A DNA stretch of 64,000 bases from Alphaproteobacteria bacterium. GTDB lineage: Bacteria > Pseudomonadota > Alphaproteobacteria > GM7ARS4 > G965262615. The stretch spans positions 1,440,001 to 1,504,000 of the forward strand of contig OZ253545.1 of assembly GCA_965262615.1 (NCBI GenBank), given 5' to 3'. The notes beneath the pieces were generated by a model. That model was not told where the DNA came from, made no database searches, and saw only the letters and a program-made list of their open reading frames with translations. Made by a program: the position numbers and the translations under genes. Below, in pieces: positions 9,455 through 19,176 of the stretch (position 1 is the stretch's first letter; the number at the start of each line of letters is the position of its first letter).

Positions 9455-10110
9455 CCTGATTCTCGGTCAATAATCTTGGTGGAGGCGCCAATAAAAACGC
9501 CCATAGACAAAACCGAGCCTTCACCAATCACAACCCCTTCGGCAACTTCAGAGCGCGCACCAATAAAACATTCATCCTCAATAATCACCGGTGCCGCTTG
9601 CAAAGGCTCTAACACGCCGCCAATGCCCGCTCCTCCCGAGATATGACAGCGCGCCCCCACTTGGGCACATGAACCCACCGTTGCCCATGTGTCAATCATT
9701 GTGCCTTCGCCCACATGCGCCCCCACATTGACAAATGACGGCATCACAACAACATTCCTGCCAATATACGCCGACTGACGCACCACCGCCCCAGGAACCA
9801 CGCGAATACTTGCCTGCTCCCATTGTGCTTTTTTCCAATGGGCAAATTTCAGTGGCACTTTATCATACGCCATGAAGCCACTCACCACATCATTGCCACG
9901 GAGCATAAAGGACAGCAAAATCGCCTGTTTGAGCCACTGATGCACCTGCCAGCCGTCATCACTCTTGCTGGCAATGCGAAGCCGTCCTTCATCCAGTGCT
10001 TGCAGAGCATCATTCACCGCCTTGATGATGGCGGCGGGGGGATTGTTCTTCCATGTCTCACGGGAGGCGTATGCCTCTTCAATGGTCTTTTGCAGAGGTG
10101 TGTCATTCAT
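9292..10110 (-). CDS. dapD: Tetrahydrodipicolinate N-succinyltransferase
   Basis: [45 protein letters not shown]. Confidence 0.97.
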   Translation of the reverse strand: MNDTPLQKTIEEAYASRETWKNNPPAAIIKAVNDALQALDEGRLRIASKSDDGWQVHQWLKQAILLSFMLRGNDVVSGFMAYDKVPLKFAHWKKAQWEQASIRVVPGAVVRQSAYIGRNVVVMPSFVNVGAHVGEGTMIDTWATVGSCAQVGARCHISGGAGIGGVLEPLQAAPVIIEDECFIGARSEVAEGVVIGEGSVLSMGVFIGASTKIIDRESGDVTYGFVPPYSVVVSGTATPKQAGGVSLAAAVIVKKVDAQTRAKTSINDLLRD

Positions 10111-10961
10111 GATTTGATCAGTGTTCCTGCTCCGTGATGGGTGAATGTCTCCAGCAGGATGGCGTGCGGCATGAGTCCATTGACAATCACCGCGGCTTCC
10201 ACGCCTTCTTCAATCGCCTTGATGCATGTTTCTACTTTGGGCAGCATGCCTCCCTGAATGATGCCTTTTTTAATGAGGGCACGCGCCTCGCGAATGGTGA
10301 GTTGCTCCATCAATTGTCCTTTTTCATTGAGTACGCCGCTGACATCGGTCAGCAGCAATAGCCGTGATGCGCCACACACCGCGGCAATCGCTCCCGCCAT
10401 GACATCGGCATTGATGTTATAAGTCTGTTGGTTGTCATCACAGGCGATGGGGGCAATGACGGGAATGATATCCGCCCGCTTGAGCAAATGCAACACCTCT
10501 GGATTGACTTGAGACGGCTCTCCCACAAACCCGATGTCTTGATTATGTTTGGTTTTTTGAGCGCGCACCATGCCGCCATCCTTGCCGGACAGTCCCACCG
10601 CCATGCCTCCTTGTTCCTCAATGGCGGTGACGATTTTCTTGCTGATGCTTCCCAGCACCATCTCAACAATGGAGACGGTATTGGCATCACTGACACGCAA
10701 TCCATCCACAAATTCGGTTTTGACATTCAATCGCTTGAGCATGTCGCCAATCTGAGGCCCTCCGCCATGCACCACATCAACATGAATTCCCACCTGCCGC
10801 AGCAACGAGACATCTTTGGCAAATGTGAGCAACGGCTCTCCCTCTTGCATCGCCGAGCCGCCCAGCTTGACCACAAAAGTCGCCCCCTTGTGACGGCGCA
10901 TATAGGGCAATGCTCCCGCTAAAATCGCCGCCTCCTGATGAGCTTTGATTTCCTTCATCAT
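10107..10961 (-). CDS. argB: Acetylglutamate kinase
   Basis: [29 protein letters not shown]. Confidence 0.96.
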   Translation of the reverse strand: MMKEIKAHQEAAILAGALPYMRRHKGATFVVKLGGSAMQEGEPLLTFAKDVSLLRQVGIHVDVVHGGGPQIGDMLKRLNVKTEFVDGLRVSDANTVSIVEMVLGSISKKIVTAIEEQGGMAVGLSGKDGGMVRAQKTKHNQDIGFVGEPSQVNPEVLHLLKRADIIPVIAPIACDDNQQTYNINADVMAGAIAAVCGASRLLLLTDVSGVLNEKGQLMEQLTIREARALIKKGIIQGGMLPKVETCIKAIEEGVEAAVIVNGLMPHAILLETFTHHGAGTLIKS

Positions 10962-12646
10962 CGTCCCTCACGCCCCGCCGCACCCAATGGATGCCGCTTG
11001 AGCAACATGTACTGCTGCAGCATGGACAAAATATTATTCCATGTCCAGTAAATCACCAGCCCCGCAGGAAATGATGCCAAAATCACCGTAAAAATGAACG
11101 GCAAAAAAGCAAACACTTTTGCCTGAATGGCATCCATGGGGGTGGGACTCATCCTCTGATGCAAAACCATCGTCCCGCCCATCACGAGGGGCCAGATGCC
11201 CACATGCAGCCATGACGGCAACTCCCAACTCACCAAGCCAAACAAGGTAAACAGATTGGTGGGATCGGGCGCGGACAAATCAGCAATCCAGCCCCAGAAC
11301 GGAGCTTGGCGCATCTCAATGGACACAAACAACACCTTGTACAGAGCAAAGAAAATGGGTGCTTGCAATAAAATCGGCAAACATCCCGCCGCAGGATTCA
11401 CCTGATGCTTCTTGTACAATGCCATCATTTCCTGATTGAGCTTCATTTTATCATCACCATACCGCTCTTTGAGTTTGAGCAATTGCGGATGCAACTGCCG
11501 CATGGCATTGATTGCCCTGAAGGACTTATCCGCAAGAGGATACATCAAGAGGCGAAAAAAAACCGTCATCACAATGATGGCAATCCCCATGTTGCCAAGT
11601 CCCTCATTGAGCCACAGCAACAAACGCAACAACGGCTGGGTGAGAAAGTAAAACCAGCCAAAATCAATTGCCAATTCAAATTGAGGAATGTCGTTATTTC
11701 GCTCGTAAGACTTCAGCTCATCGAAGTTTTTCGCTCCCACAAAGAGTTGACTCTCGTACTGAGCGCGCCCATCGGGCGGGACAATGACGCTCTGGGCAAT
11801 GAAATCCGCCTGATACTTGTCATTGTGCTGAACAAATCGGGCTCTGATGGCATCCCCCTGCTGGGGAATAAACGCCGCCAGCCAGTATTTATCGGTGATG
11901 CCAAGCCAGCCATCGGTGCTGTCGTATTGCTGGCTGTCTTGCCAGTCACTGTAGCTGACCTCCACCAGCTGCTCATCCAAAAAGGCAACCCCTCCTTCGT
12001 GCAGGATGTAAAACTGCCCCCCTTGCGGCGCACCACTGCGGCTCATGAGACCATAGGGATACAAGACCACCGCCTGCCCACCATTGTTGATGACCGTTTG
12101 CGTCACCGTCAGCATATAGAGGTCATCCATGTGCCACTGTTGCTGAAAAATGATGCCGTCTCCATTATCAAATTGAAGCGTCACGGGATTGTCGGGCGTG
12201 AGCTCATTGTTGTCGGTGAGCCAGACACTGTCTTTGTCGGGCGTGGTGACCGAACCATCGGAGAGCCATCCATAGCGCAGGGAAAAGGCATCGTCTCGTT
12301 CATGAGGAATCAGCAAACGCACCTGAGGGCTATCGTCTGCCAATGATTCTTGATACCGCTGCAGCACGGCATCATCCCAATACGCGCCTCGCAACGAGAG
12401 ACTGCCTCGCAACGCCTCATTGCGCAGCGGCAGACGAGGGGCAGCGCGAGCTTTTTGTCGTTCTTCCTGCTGGGCAATGACACGCTGGGAACTCTGAGGG
12501 ATGGGCGGTGCATCATCGGCGGCGGGCAGAGGAGCATCGGCATCAGGCTCGGGGGGCGGCAATTGAGAGAGGCGTTGCGTCTCAAAAAACATGAGAATCG
12601 CCATAGACAGCACCATGGCTAGCAACAAATTGGCATTATCCTGCAT
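10958..12646 (-). CDS. yidC: Membrane protein insertase
   Basis: DKYWL, IDFGWF, GCLPILLQ, DLSAPDP, PAGLVIYW. Confidence 0.96.
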   Translation of the reverse strand: MQDNANLLLAMVLSMAILMFFETQRLSQLPPPEPDADAPLPAADDAPPIPQSSQRVIAQQEERQKARAAPRLPLRNEALRGSLSLRGAYWDDAVLQRYQESLADDSPQVRLLIPHERDDAFSLRYGWLSDGSVTTPDKDSVWLTDNNELTPDNPVTLQFDNGDGIIFQQQWHMDDLYMLTVTQTVINNGGQAVVLYPYGLMSRSGAPQGGQFYILHEGGVAFLDEQLVEVSYSDWQDSQQYDSTDGWLGITDKYWLAAFIPQQGDAIRARFVQHNDKYQADFIAQSVIVPPDGRAQYESQLFVGAKNFDELKSYERNNDIPQFELAIDFGWFYFLTQPLLRLLLWLNEGLGNMGIAIIVMTVFFRLLMYPLADKSFRAINAMRQLHPQLLKLKERYGDDKMKLNQEMMALYKKHQVNPAAGCLPILLQAPIFFALYKVLFVSIEMRQAPFWGWIADLSAPDPTNLFTLFGLVSWELPSWLHVGIWPLVMGGTMVLHQRMSPTPMDAIQAKVFAFLPFIFTVILASFPAGLVIYWTWNNILSMLQQYMLLKRHPLGAAGREGR

Positions 12647-12648
12647 GG

Positions 12649-12900
12649 CTATTGTTTCTTCTGGGATTTCTTCTGTTTGGGAACAGGGTCATACCCCTGC
12701 CCGCCCCACGGATGACAGCGCGTCACCCGCCGTATCGTGAGCCACATGCCATGTCGCCATCCATGCACACCAATGGCTTGTCTCATGTAGGCAGAACAAG
12801 TGGGCACAAAGCGGCAGTGTCCATGAGTGTGCAGCATGAGGGCGAGAACGCGATAAACCATCAGCAGCCCATCCAACAGCCAAAGCGACAGGGGTTTCAT
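12649..12900 (-). CDS. yidD: Membrane protein insertion efficiency factor
   Basis: [24 protein letters not shown]. Confidence 0.93.
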   Translation of the reverse strand: MKPLSLWLLDGLLMVYRVLALMLHTHGHCRFVPTCSAYMRQAIGVHGWRHGMWLTIRRVTRCHPWGGQGYDPVPKQKKSQKKQ

Positions 12901-13235
12901 TCAGCAACCTTCGCGCACGCAACACGCAAGTCACGGCACAACAAAGCAAACGGACGGGTCTTTGCCTCACGGCGAGCAATCAGCACCGTGTCTTGACGGA
13001 GCCGCCGCAATTGGTCTTGTTCCAAATTGACCACCGCCCGCAACCGCCGTTTGATGCGATGACGCACCACCGAATTGCCCGTCTTGCGACTGACCGTCAA
13101 TCCATAGCGACTCTCATCGTGTCCTTGAGGCATGGATATCAAAACGAAGGCAGGGGTATAACAGCGCGTGCCGTTTTTTTGCACTCGCACATAGTCATTG
13201 CGCTTGCGTAATCTATGATCTCTGATAAAGTTCAT
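12897..13235 (-). CDS. rnpA: Ribonuclease P protein component
   Basis: [22 protein letters not shown]; synteny. Confidence 0.93.
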   Translation of the reverse strand: MNFIRDHRLRKRNDYVRVQKNGTRCYTPAFVLISMPQGHDESRYGLTVSRKTGNSVVRHRIKRRLRAVVNLEQDQLRRLRQDTVLIARREAKTRPFALLCRDLRVACAKVAE

Positions 13236-13366
13236 GCCGACAGGACATGCCGCCCACGAGCTCTGCGGCGCGCCAGCAAACGCCGACCGGCTTTGGTCGC
13301 CATACGAGCACGAAAGCCATGCCGACGCTTGCGCACAAGAACGCTTGGTTGATATGTCCGACGCAT
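13232..13366 (-). CDS. rpmH: 50S ribosomal protein L34 (below ORF-track cutoff)
   Basis: Manual translation [44 protein letters not shown]. Confidence 0.96.
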   Translation of the reverse strand: MRRTYQPSVLVRKRRHGFRARMATKAGRRLLARRRARGRHVLSA

Positions 13367-13423
13367 CTCTCTTCTCCTTTAAGGATTCGCCTTGTTTTCT
13401 ACAATGTCATAGGATTTTAGTCA

Positions 13424-14059
13424 ATGCAGCACCATCACATAAAGTCAGACCATGATGCTCATTATCAAGCCATTAATGAGCAAAAACGCATCATTAAACG
13501 CATGAAGCGTGCATTGGTGCTGTTTGTGATTGCCATCACGCTGGGAACGGCGACTTATATCGGTCTTAACACAAAGGAAGAATCTCCTTTAATCTCGCAA
13601 GAGGATGACCTCGCCGCCATCAGAGAATACGCCATAGAGCCCATCTATCGCTTCAGCGATGATGACCAACGCTATCATGTGGTGCGCGCCGACTGGGGAC
13701 GCGTCAGCAAAGACAACAGCGATGAGATTCTTCTCAAAGAAATCAGAGGTGACAGCTATCAAGCCGACAATGCGGTGGCGCGCTTTACGATTGTGGCAAC
13801 AGGAGGCATTCTCAATCGCAAAAGCCAGCGACTCACATTGTTGTCAGGCGTCCAGCTGCAAACTCATAACGGATACGACATTCGCACCGACACGGCTCAG
13901 CTGCTGCTGAACAGACGCACTGCCTCTGGTGATGATGCGGTGACCATTCATCATCCTCGCTCGGTTGCTCAAGCCACTGGTTTTCGCATCACCGATGATG
14001 GCGCAACCATTCAGTTGCGTGGTCCCGCCACCATCACCTTGCTCCCGCAAAAGCCATAG
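13424..14059 (+). CDS. lptC: LPS export protein LptC-like
   Basis: N-terminal TM then beta-jellyroll pattern (GVQLQTHNGYDIRTD, ASGDDAV, ATGFRI). Confidence 0.75.
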   Translation: MQHHHIKSDHDAHYQAINEQKRIIKRMKRALVLFVIAITLGTATYIGLNTKEESPLISQEDDLAAIREYAIEPIYRFSDDDQRYHVVRADWGRVSKDNSDEILLKEIRGDSYQADNAVARFTIVATGGILNRKSQRLTLLSGVQLQTHNGYDIRTDTAQLLLNRRTASGDDAVTIHHPRSVAQATGFRITDDGATIQLRGPATITLLPQKP

Positions 14060-16892
14060 GAGCGGACACAAGAGACGGTGCAACATGAGGAAAGGGAATG
14101 CCTTCCACCAAGTCCAACGCCAGAGCTCGCGTGCCTCGTTCAATGTCCATGCGCACCAATAAATCGGTTTTGCGTCCGTCCATCTCCGCCATGGGCAATC
14201 TGAGCAGAGCCGTTGCGCCATCACCCACAGTGGATTCTTGCGACAGCGCGCCGTAGCGTTCAATCAGACGCAACAACCCCCAACTGCCATGACTGGCATA
14301 CCGCTCTTGTGCCATCCGTTGCTGACGGCGATGAATGGCATCCTCATACCATGCCGTGGAATCGTCTGAGCCGCGCGTTCCCCATGCCAGAGCCAAATCA
14401 ATGCCATCGCCCGCTTGCAAATCCATGCGCGCCGCACCCTCCGAAAGAGACAAGCGATGCATCCCACTGCTCACATACAATGCCTTGAAAAAATGACCAC
14501 TGGGCGAAGCCGTCACCTTGCCGATGTCAAAGCGCAGCTGAAGGGGCAACGAATCAATGGGGGCAATCGCCTGCAGTATATGAAGAGCGTGACGCAAAGA
14601 CAGCAAAAAAACAGCAATGGAGCGATCAAAATCGCCGCCCTGAGCCACATGGTGCATCACATCATCATAGAGCCAATCAATGTCATCGCCCCAGCGAGAG
14701 AAAAAATCATACACATCCAGCAGTGAATGATCCGCCGCCGCCAGAGGCGCAAACGGATATTTGCCCGCTAAACGCTGATTAAACGCAGCCGCAAGTGATT
14801 GATAACGCACCGCCACATCTCTATAGCCCGCAAAATTTTGACACAATGAAAACAATTGATGCTGCCACTGGGAAAATCGTTGATGGACAAAATCCTTTTG
14901 TTCCACCGCGCTAGGTGCAAACGGAAACCACACATTGCACATGGGCTCTTTGCGATACTGCGTACTTTTTTCCACCCAGCCATCAAAATTCGCCATAACA
15001 ATGGCATCGTTCATCAGATTGTCCAGCAGTGCATAGGGTAGCAATTCTCCATCATTTCGCCATCCGTCTTTTTGCACCAATTGAGCATAGGGCGTGACGA
15101 GGGTCACCCACTCATGCAATTGGTTTTTTTGCTGCTGTAGCCATTGTTGCAAATCGGTTGTGCCCAATTGCGCCGCCACCTTCTGATATCCGCCATCACC
15201 CAAAACAAACGAAGACGGCAGACGCAAAACCGCCGAATGCCTCAGGGATTCAGAGGCATATTCCATATGACGATACGCCCAGCTGGTGACCATCCATCCC
15301 AAGAGCGATTCCGATTGCTGGCTGGTGTCCATGCCATAGCTCATCATTTGATGCTGCAGACTTTTTTCAAACGCCAGCAGATGCGACAACTGATGGCTGG
15401 CAACCAAGTGACGGCGTAAAATATTTTTCACCGCATGGTAGTTCTGACGCTGTGCTCCGATGGCAGATTGATCATAAGTCCATGCTCTGCCCACCATGCG
15501 CGCCAGTTCATGATTCATCACCCCATAGGCAAAATTGGATAACACCGATTGCCAGCCTTGAGGCAACGAATTGAGAGGCACGGTAAGATGATGCAGCAAC
15601 TGCCGAGCATCCCGCACCGCCTCATCCAAAAGATGCTGCTGCCAATTCACCTGCAACGATGACACCGCCACCTTTTGCAATGACGGCACGGGATTGTGAT
15701 TCATGTTGATCTGTGCCGTCACATGGAGCAGCTGACTCAATGCCAGCCACGAATCTCGGCTACCATCGGATAAGCGATAACCTCCGGTATCGTTCTCGTG
15801 AAATAATGGCTCTCCCAGCAGTGTCATGGAACGAATTAGTTGAATCTTTCTGGCTTTGTGCGTTTGATTATAGTGGCGTTTCAATTGCTCTTCGGCTGTG
15901 TCTCCCAACAAGGAGATGGCACGCATATTGTCAAAAAACACCTCCATCATGCGCTGTTCCTGATGATGCCATTGCTCACTGTGTGTTGCCCAGTGATCCA
16001 TCAGCTGCCAGTTTCTGTTCATGACGGTGAGCATATGTCGCCATCCCGTCAAAGGCACATGACCAATCTGCTCACCCAGTTCAACCAAAGCATGAGATTG
16101 ATCCGTGAATGATTGCATCACCGGCAGGATGTCATGCCAATGCCCGCCATAAAACGACAAATTCTCCAGCATGGCGGTGGCGCGCTGCATCATGGACTGC
16201 TGTGAGGCGGGATGGGCAAACAATTGTGCCGAGGCAATGCTCACAGACTTGATGGCAAGGGAATCATCCTTGAGCCACAGCGCAGGCAGAGACACAGGAT
16301 GCAAAGAAGACAATAAATGGGCAAGCCCCCGCAAATCACCGCGCAAAAATTGATTCCAATGGCTATGATGGGATTGCAAATTGCGCAATTGATCATAAAA
16401 GTCGGCACTCGCCCGTAGGGCATCATTGAGCGATGCCGTCACAGGGTTTTTTGCCAATTGCTGAACAGTGGCGCGCAGGTGATTTTCAATTGCCAGCGCC
16501 ACCACAGTGAGCAGTGCATGACGAATACGCCCGGTGGTGTCTTGCAGCTCATGACGATACAACCACGATGCCACCACAGGGTAATATCCGGTGAGCAAAT
16601 CCGCCTCCCGATGTGCCAGCGTCAAAGCCGCCGCCAATGCCTGCTGATCACTGCCGTGATGGTTGTCAAGAAACCCATCGCGCAATTGCTCGGCTTGAAT
16701 CGCCAGAGACAACAGATGACGATGACGACTGCCGATATCATCGCGCAACAAAAGACCCGCCGCCAATATGGATGCCACCAGCGCACACCACAAAAACAAG
16801 CCGCGGCGGCGATGAGAGGCAACCACCATCAGAGCAGGATGACGCAACGCCACCGTCAGTGACTTTGGCTTATCACGCTGGGTGGAGGTCAT
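14034..16892 (-). CDS. Large membrane-anchored protein with TssM/IcmF-like C-terminal motifs
   Basis: N-terminal TM; FNQRLAGKYPF, DFF and SWGLLRLIE motifs; ATG overlaps the sctF stop (ATGA). Confidence 0.5.
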   Translation of the reverse strand: MTSTQRDKPKSLTVALRHPALMVVASHRRRGLFLWCALVASILAAGLLLRDDIGSRHRHLLSLAIQAEQLRDGFLDNHHGSDQQALAAALTLAHREADLLTGYYPVVASWLYRHELQDTTGRIRHALLTVVALAIENHLRATVQQLAKNPVTASLNDALRASADFYDQLRNLQSHHSHWNQFLRGDLRGLAHLLSSLHPVSLPALWLKDDSLAIKSVSIASAQLFAHPASQQSMMQRATAMLENLSFYGGHWHDILPVMQSFTDQSHALVELGEQIGHVPLTGWRHMLTVMNRNWQLMDHWATHSEQWHHQEQRMMEVFFDNMRAISLLGDTAEEQLKRHYNQTHKARKIQLIRSMTLLGEPLFHENDTGGYRLSDGSRDSWLALSQLLHVTAQINMNHNPVPSLQKVAVSSLQVNWQQHLLDEAVRDARQLLHHLTVPLNSLPQGWQSVLSNFAYGVMNHELARMVGRAWTYDQSAIGAQRQNYHAVKNILRRHLVASHQLSHLLAFEKSLQHQMMSYGMDTSQQSESLLGWMVTSWAYRHMEYASESLRHSAVLRLPSSFVLGDGGYQKVAAQLGTTDLQQWLQQQKNQLHEWVTLVTPYAQLVQKDGWRNDGELLPYALLDNLMNDAIVMANFDGWVEKSTQYRKEPMCNVWFPFAPSAVEQKDFVHQRFSQWQHQLFSLCQNFAGYRDVAVRYQSLAAAFNQRLAGKYPFAPLAAADHSLLDVYDFFSRWGDDIDWLYDDVMHHVAQGGDFDRSIAVFLLSLRHALHILQAIAPIDSLPLQLRFDIGKVTASPSGHFFKALYVSSGMHRLSLSEGAARMDLQAGDGIDLALAWGTRGSDDSTAWYEDAIHRRQQRMAQERYASHGSWGLLRLIERYGALSQESTVGDGATALLRLPMAEMDGRKTDLLVRMDIERGTRALALDLVEGIPFPHVAPSLVSAPMAFAGAR

Positions 16893-17137
16893 TGAATGTT
16901 TTTGACAATTCCCCGCACGGCATCCGCCACGGCTTTGACAACTGTGCTCTCCATCTCCGTCATGATAGACCACCGTTGCATGGCAACCTCCAGCTTCATG
17001 ATATCGGCGGTGCTGCCGGATTGCGCTGCACTCTGAGCTTCCACGACCTTTGATTCGGCACCACTGACCGCATCGCTCATTGAGGAAAACGCCGAATCCA
17101 CACTTTGTCCCCCTGCTGTATTGACATCATTTGCCAT
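16889..17137 (-). CDS. sctF: T3SS needle subunit (YscF/EscF family)
   Basis: 82 aa; C-terminal helix MQRWSIMTEMESTVVKAVADAVRGIVKNI resembles YscF; follows yscD- and yscE-like genes. Confidence 0.82.
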   Translation of the reverse strand: MANDVNTAGGQSVDSAFSSMSDAVSGAESKVVEAQSAAQSGSTADIMKLEVAMQRWSIMTEMESTVVKAVADAVRGIVKNIQ

Positions 17138-17148
17138 TGTCCGCTCCC

Positions 17149-17394
17149 TTAGTTGAGTCCCTCCGTGCCATGAACCGACTGCCAATACAGACGAACCGTC
17201 TGCAGTGAGGCGATCAGTGCATCTTGCAACAGTGATTGCTGTTGATGCTCGGCAGGCTTCATGCCTGCGGCTAAATCCTTTTTGATGGTCTGAATATGCT
17301 CTTCTAACATGCGCTCCAGTTGCTGTTTGTATGAGCCATCGCCGTCTTGAGTCAAACGCTCTTCAATGTCCAGCATGATGATGGGGTCAGTCAT
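17149..17394 (-). CDS. T3SS needle co-chaperone (YscE/EscE/SsaE family)
   Basis: IEERLTQDGDG...L...GMKPAEHQ...ALIAS...W pattern; lies between sctD and sctF. Confidence 0.75.
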   Translation of the reverse strand: MTDPIIMLDIEERLTQDGDGSYKQQLERMLEEHIQTIKKDLAAGMKPAEHQQQSLLQDALIASLQTVRLYWQSVHGTEGLN

Positions 17395-18685
17395 GATGAT
17401 TCTCCAATTGGGGGGAAAAAATGTAGTCATAGTCATGACCGCCGTGAGTCAATAACAAGCGATCCGACTCAATGGAGGCGAGGGTAAAGCCGTCAGACAA
17501 GGATGCACCCTCCTCAACCATGTGATGATCTCCTAAAATCACAAACGAACGAGGGCCCTTCACCACCGTTTGAATGGTCATGGCAAAGTGCGGAACTGAT
17601 TTCACATGATCATCCAGCACAATATGACCGCCGAACGCCGATGAGAACATCCCTTTGACCCGATTCCAGTGAGTGAAATCATCATCGTTCAACAAGCCGT
17701 AGGAATGAATCGTGCCATCGTCAACACGCAATGATACCGCCAAATTTTCTTTTTTGATGTTGTCACGCACATGAGAGGCAAAATCTTGCACCGTGATGAC
17801 CTGACTGTGAATCACAATCTGCGGCGCAAGGTCGTCACGCAATAAGGCAAGGGTTTTTTCATAATGGCGATAGGAAGACACCACACCCGCTATGCGAAAA
17901 TGCGCGCCGCCATCATCATAGACATCCAGTGCCATGCCGTATGCTTCCAGTCCCGCCCGCAACGATTGTGCCACGCTCGCCGTCACCACGATGGTGGTTT
18001 GAATCCTCCCCTGCCACGCTTTGGTGTATTGACGCAAATGTGCCAGCGTCTGACTTCGGCGCACACTGCCCGACAATTGAATGCCGCCATCCTTCAGCGA
18101 AGTCACCGTGACATAATCCATGTCGTCATTTTTGGCGATAAACTGCTGCAAGGCAATCAGGGGGGTAGGAGCGGGCATGGATGCAACCACCTCTTGTTTG
18201 TCTTCTTGAGGAACGGATGACCAATAAAACGCCGTGCTTGCCGCAAATGTCATCATCATTCCAGCCGCCACAGAAAGCACCGCCGCACCATGGGTATGAC
18301 TGGATTGGCGTTTAACAGGTTTCTCCTCCTTGCCACTGGATGTTGCGGGCGTGTCTGTGGTGGGAGCAGATTCATCCTCAACAGAGGAGGAAGACGCATG
18401 AGACAAATCAGCAAAATTCGTCTCGCTTGTTCCCAAACCGATGCGCACACCGCCCGCCATAAACACACACGGAAATTCCAAAGCGAGCGCCTCGTCTTCC
18501 TGATGCAACACATAACTGCCGTCATCCTGATGCTCCAGTGTGACCGCCGTCACATCATCATCGCTGAGAATAATATCGCAATCGGACTCTCGCCCAATAG
18601 ACAAAGACGACACCGCCATGGAGGCTTGCGCACCCTCATGGTGTCCACTGAGAATTTTAACAATTATTGCTTGTCCATCCGTCAT
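17387..18685 (-). CDS. sctD: T3SS inner-membrane ring protein (YscD family)
   Basis: KILSGHHEGA..IGRESDCDIILSD FHA-like domain, TM, BON-like domains, C-terminal EGASLSDGFTLASI. Confidence 0.85.
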   Translation of the reverse strand: MTDGQAIIVKILSGHHEGAQASMAVSSLSIGRESDCDIILSDDDVTAVTLEHQDDGSYVLHQEDEALALEFPCVFMAGGVRIGLGTSETNFADLSHASSSSVEDESAPTTDTPATSSGKEEKPVKRQSSHTHGAAVLSVAAGMMMTFAASTAFYWSSVPQEDKQEVVASMPAPTPLIALQQFIAKNDDMDYVTVTSLKDGGIQLSGSVRRSQTLAHLRQYTKAWQGRIQTTIVVTASVAQSLRAGLEAYGMALDVYDDGGAHFRIAGVVSSYRHYEKTLALLRDDLAPQIVIHSQVITVQDFASHVRDNIKKENLAVSLRVDDGTIHSYGLLNDDDFTHWNRVKGMFSSAFGGHIVLDDHVKSVPHFAMTIQTVVKGPRSFVILGDHHMVEEGASLSDGFTLASIESDRLLLTHGGHDYDYIFSPQLENHHD

Positions 18686-18771
18686 CAATGACTGCTCCTG
18701 CACGATTTTTATCTCTTTTGGTAACAGCTGGCATGGATATGTCACATACAGACCATGAGCTTCGTCACGCC

Positions 18772-19158
18772 ATGAATCAGTTAGAATTGATCATTGAAAA
18801 TTTCACGGCATTGCGTCAGATCACGCCCATCAGACGCAAAGGGGAGCTGTTTTTATTTCCCATTGATGATTCATTTACCCTGCGATGTTCCACCTATCGC
18901 GATGATGTCATCTTTGAGGCGACCGTTGCTCAAGGGAAAATGGACAGCACATGGCTGCACGACATGATGCGCATCAATCTGGGACGACAAAAAGAAAACA
19001 GCGACCTCATCGGCTATGATGCCAAAGAAGATGCCATCATTTTGTATATGCGCCATCCATTGCGCGAGCTGGATGTGCATCAGTTTGCCCATATTTTTGA
19101 CCAAATGACCATGTCACTACGCTTTTGGCAAAACCTCAAAGAGAGCCACGCCGCTTAA
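18772..19158 (+). CDS. Class I T3SS chaperone (YscB/CesT-like); start may be 18733 or 18739
   Basis: About 130 aa, FPIDD, MRINL, C-terminal amphipathic helix ending FW; immediately precedes the secretin. Confidence 0.65.
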   Translation: MNQLELIIENFTALRQITPIRRKGELFLFPIDDSFTLRCSTYRDDVIFEATVAQGKMDSTWLHDMMRINLGRQKENSDLIGYDAKEDAIILYMRHPLRELDVHQFAHIFDQMTMSLRFWQNLKESHAA

Positions 19159-19176
19159 TGAAAGACGGAGGATGAT

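Noticed and set aside
14034-16892. Complete type VI secretion system
   Set aside because: No sheath, Hcp, VgrG or baseplate genes in the window; only motif-level resemblance of one protein to TssM.
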